Assembly (NCBI RefSeq): GCF_009914755.1
Contig: NC_060948.1
Origin: the human T2T-CHM13v2.0 reference genome, Homo sapiens
DNA: 64,000 nucleotides
Reading direction: 5' to 3' (one strand)
The notes under the pieces were generated by a model, which had not been told where the DNA came from, searched no databases, and was given only the letters and a program-made list of their open reading frames with translations. The position numbers and the translations under genes are program-made. Shown here in pieces: positions 58,351 through 64,000 of the stretch. How positions within the stretch are numbered: the first letter of the stretch is position 1; each line of letters opens with the position of its first letter.

Positions 58351-60448
58351 AGATCCATATTTTTTAAATGAAAAAAAATTTCAAAGGTACTCTGCTTGGT
58401 ACAATAATCAAATGTATAAACTGAGGAATAAAACATAACCATGAAACCTACTTATAACTGCATATGGAAAATACAGAGGATAATTTTTTAAATAACATAT
58501 TTTGAAAGCCTTAACTAGTAATTTGAAGAGTTGGCATTTGAAAGGCCAGTATGAGTATACCTTCAAAGCAGCAACACAGGTTCCCCATGAGAAAAAGCAA
58601 ACACAGGGAAAATAAAAACACAAAGGTTCAATCTCTTCTGACCTTTGAAAGACACAGCACAGACAGTGGTCCTTAGGACGAAGAGCAGGAGACCCCTAAT
58701 TCCGTCACCATGGCGATAGGGCATAAACATTGCTGGGTGAGGGCACAATCCACATTGTGAGGTCCAACTGCTGCCAGGAAGACAGGAGTGCTTTTACATA
58801 GACCGAAAGGTCATTGAAGGCTCAGAGTTTTGTTTCAAGAACTGAATCCCAAGCCCACACGTTATTAGGCTGCGCTTCTTAAAACAAGTTATGAGATGGG
58901 AAAAAGGGCACCCACAAACATACGTATACATTATGTATATAATAATATACAGTATCATATATATAATATATATAACCTATGTATAATATTCTTTTACATC
59001 CTGCATCTTATGTTATATATATTGTATAAAATATAATAATTGATAATATATAAGTTTTATAATTATACAATATGACATATAGTATATATTATAATTTATG
59101 ACATATATAATATATGTTATATATCATATATAGAATATATTATACGGTTAATATACGTATTAAATATAAATTATACATTATATATATTATATATAATATA
59201 TCTGTTATATATAATACCCATTATGCATAATATATATATTATGTCTATGTTATATATAGTATAAAACAACATATAATAATATATAATTGTATATATAAAA
59301 TGCGACATATAATATATATTATATTTTATAACATATGTAATATATATTATATATAATACGTTGTATGTATAATACCTATATTAAATATATATTATATGAC
59401 TATGTTATTAATTACATGTCACATGTGTTATATATTATATATTTTACATAGAATATACCGGTTACATACAATATATACTATGTTACCTATAATGTATAAT
59501 TTATTACAAGTAAAATAAAGAATGCAATATATTATGTATAATTTATAATATACCATATGTGGAATGTGATATATATAACATATAATATATGATATATGAT
59601 ATACAGTATATGATATATAACATACAATATATGATTCCTAATATATATGGTATACAATATATATTTTATGATATGTATTCTATATGTTTTATATTCTGTT
59701 ATATATAACTATTTGAAATTATATATAACTGTATAATATTTTATGTAAATATGTAATATAATATATATAACTATATAATATATTATATATAACTATATAT
59801 TATGTTATATATACTTTTATAACATAATTTACATAAAATATCATAATATAATATATATTATATTATTTCATATTACATAATGTATATTACATATCACCCA
59901 ATGTAACTAACATACATAATATTATAATATAGATTATATTGTGTTATATTAAATATCATATATAGCATGTATCATATATTCTATAATATATATTACACAT
60001 TATATAATATGTATGTTGTCTATTATGTGATATATATAACTATATATATAATTATATTTTTATACATATAACTAGATAAACATGTAATTCTACATATTTT
60101 CATTTATAATATGTAGAATTATATAATCATATATAATTATTTATATTCTATAAAAAATTTTATCATTATATAAATTATAATATATAAAAATTATAATATG
60201 TACTACAAATATATATATTATATATCATATATGATATAGTACCTTTGTTATATATCATAATACATATAAATGTGTATTATGTTATCTATAATTATATAAT
60301 TTCATATATAAGATGTATAATATGTATCATATATTATATATGTTATGTAATATATATAGTATATATAAGATGACACAGGATAAATATTATATACTATGAC
60401 ATATAAAATATATGAGGTTATATGTTACATATAAGGCATAGCACATAA

Positions 60449-60763
<315 letters not shown>

Positions 60764-62861
60764 AGATCCATATTTTTTAAATGAAAAAAAATTTCAAAGG
60801 TACTCTGCTTGGTACAATAATCAAATGTATAAACTGAGGAATAAAACATAACCATGAAACCTACTTATAACTGCATATGGAAAATACAGAGGATAATTTT
60901 TTAAATAACATATTTTGAAAGCCTTAACTAGTAATTTGAAGAGTTGGCATTTGAAAGGCCAGTATGAATATACCTTCAAAGCAGCAACACAGGTTCCCCA
61001 TGAGAAAAAGCAAACACAGGGAAAATAAAAACACAAAGGTTCAATCTCTTCTGACCTTTGAAAGACACAGCACAGACAGTGGTCCTTAGGACGAAGAGCA
61101 GGAGACCCCTAATTCCGTCACCATGGCGATAGGGCATAAACATTGCTGGGTGAGGGCACAATCCACATTGTGAGGTCCAACTGCTGCCAGGAAGACAGGA
61201 GTGCTTTTACATAGACCGAAAGGTCATTGAAGGCTCAGAGTTTTGTTTCAAGAACTGAATCCCAAGCCCACACGTTATTAGGCTGCGCTTCTTAAAACAA
61301 GTTATGAGATTGGAAAAAGGGCACCCACAAACATACGTATACATTATGTATATAATAATATACAGTATCATATATATAATATATATAACCTATGTATAAT
61401 ATTGTTTTACATCCTGCATCTTATGTTATATATATTGTATAAAATATAATAATTGATAATATATAAGTTTTATAATTATACAATATGACATATAGTATAT
61501 ATTATAATTTATGACATATATAATATATGTTATATATCATATATAGAATATATTATACGGTTAATATACGTATTAAATATAAATTATACATTATATATAT
61601 TATATATAATATATCTGTTATATATAATACCCATTATGCATAATATATATATTATGTCTATGTTATATATAGTATAAAACAACATATAATAATATATAAT
61701 TGTATATATAAAATGCGACATATAATATATATTATATTTTATAACATATGTAATATATATTATATATAATACGTTGTATGTATAATACCTATATTAAATA
61801 TATATTATATGACTATGTTATTAATTACATGTCACATGTGTTATATATTATATATTTTACATAGAATATACCGGTTACATACAATATATACTATGTTACC
61901 TATAATGTATAATTTATTACAAGTAAAATAAAGAATGCAATATATTATGTATAATTTATAATATACCATATGTGGAATGTGATATATATAACATATAATA
62001 TATGATATATGATATACAGTATATGATCTATAACATACAATATATGATTCCTAATATATATGGTATACAATATATATTTTATGATATGTATTCTATATGT
62101 TTTATATTCTGTTATATATAACTATTTGAAATTATATATAACTGTATAATATTTTATGTAAATATGTAATATAATATATATAACTATATAATATATTATA
62201 TATAACTATATATTATGTTATATATACTTTTATAACATAATTTACATAAAATATCATAATATAATATATATTATATTATTTCATATTACATAATATATAT
62301 TACATATCACCCAATATAACTAACATACATAATATTATAATATAGATTATATTGTGTTATATTAAATATCATATATAGCATGTATCATATATTCTATAAT
62401 ATATATTACACATTATATAATATGTATGTTGTCTATTATGTGATATATATAACTATATATATAATTATATTTTTATACATATAACTAGATAAACATGTAA
62501 TTCTACATATTTTCATTTATAATATGTAGAATTATATAATCATATATAATTATTTATATTCTATAAAAAATTTTATCTTTATATAAATTATAATATATAA
62601 AAATTATAATATGTACTACAAATATATATATTATATATCATATATGATATAGTACCTTTGTTATATATCATAATACATATAAATGTGTATTATGTTATCT
62701 ATAATTATATAATTTCATATATAAGATGTATAATATGTATCATATATTATATATGTTATGTAATATATATAGTATATATAAGATGACACAGGATAAATAT
62801 TATATACTATGACATATAAAATATATGAGGTTATATGTTACATATAAGGCATAGCACATAA

Positions 62862-63176
<315 letters not shown>

Positions 63177-64000
63177 AGATCCATATTTTTTAAATGAAAA
63201 AAAATTTCAAAGGTACTCTGCTTGGTACAATAATCAAATGTATAAACTGAGGAATAAAACATAACCATGAAACCTACTTATAACTGCATATGGAAAATAC
63301 AGAGGATAATTTTTTAAATAACATATTTTGAAAGCCTTAACTAGTAATTTGAAGAGTTGGCATTTGAAAGGCCAGTATGAATATACCTTCAAAGCAGCAA
63401 CACAGGTTCCCCATGAGAAAAAGCAAACACAGGGAAAATAAAAACACAAAGGTTCAATCTCTTCTGACCTTTGAAAGACACAGCACAGACAGTGGTCCTT
63501 AGGACGAAGAGCAGGAGACCCCTAATTCCGTCACCATGGCGATAGGGCATAAACATTGCTGGGTGAGGGCACAATCCACATTGTGAGGTCCAACTGCTGC
63601 CAGGAAGACAGGAGTGCTTTTACATAGACCGAAAGGTCATTGAAGGCTCAGAGTTTTGTTTCAAGAACTGAATCCCAAGCCCACACGTTATTAGGCTGCG
63701 CTTCTTAAAACAAGTTATGAGATGGGAAAAAGGGCACCCACAAACATACGTATACATTATGTATATAATAATATACAGTATCATATATATAATATATGTA
63801 ACCTATGTATAATATTGTTTTACATCCTGCATCTTATGTTATATATATTGTATAAAATATAATAATTGATAATATATAAGTTTTATAATTATACAATATG
63901 ACATATAGTATATATTATAATTTATGACATATATAATATATGTTATATATCATATATAGAATATATTATACGGTTAATATACGTATTAAATATAAATTAT

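Overview
The whole 64 kb window is one uninterrupted head-to-tail tandem array of a ~2.41-2.42 kb unit: 26 complete copies (U1-U26) plus a partial 27th. Unit starts: 1, 2421, 4841, 7261, 9679, 12099, 14519, 16939, 19357, 21777, 24197, 26617, 29037, 31446, 33859, 36272, 38685, 41098, 43513, 45928, 48341, 50761, 53174, 55587, 58000, 60413, 62826. Each unit has three parts: a diverged, slightly 5'-truncated minus-strand Alu (~290 bp), a ~570 bp moderate-GC HSATI-type segment and ~1.55 kb of degenerate AT-rich sequence. This architecture, the unit size and a predicted 2,146-bp HaeIII fragment match the human DYZ2/HSat1B satellite, most likely Yq12 heterochromatin. I see no credible protein-coding gene, RNA gene, CRISPR array or new genetic system. 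The short ORFs are TTG-started by-products repeated once per unit. The informative signal is the array's internal history, read by eye from shared variants: two sub-families (2420-bp left, 2413-bp right) joined by an unusually diverged unit, a 9,678-bp four-unit duplication, a 4,826-bp two-unit duplication, single-unit duplications and patchwork variants suggesting gene conversion.
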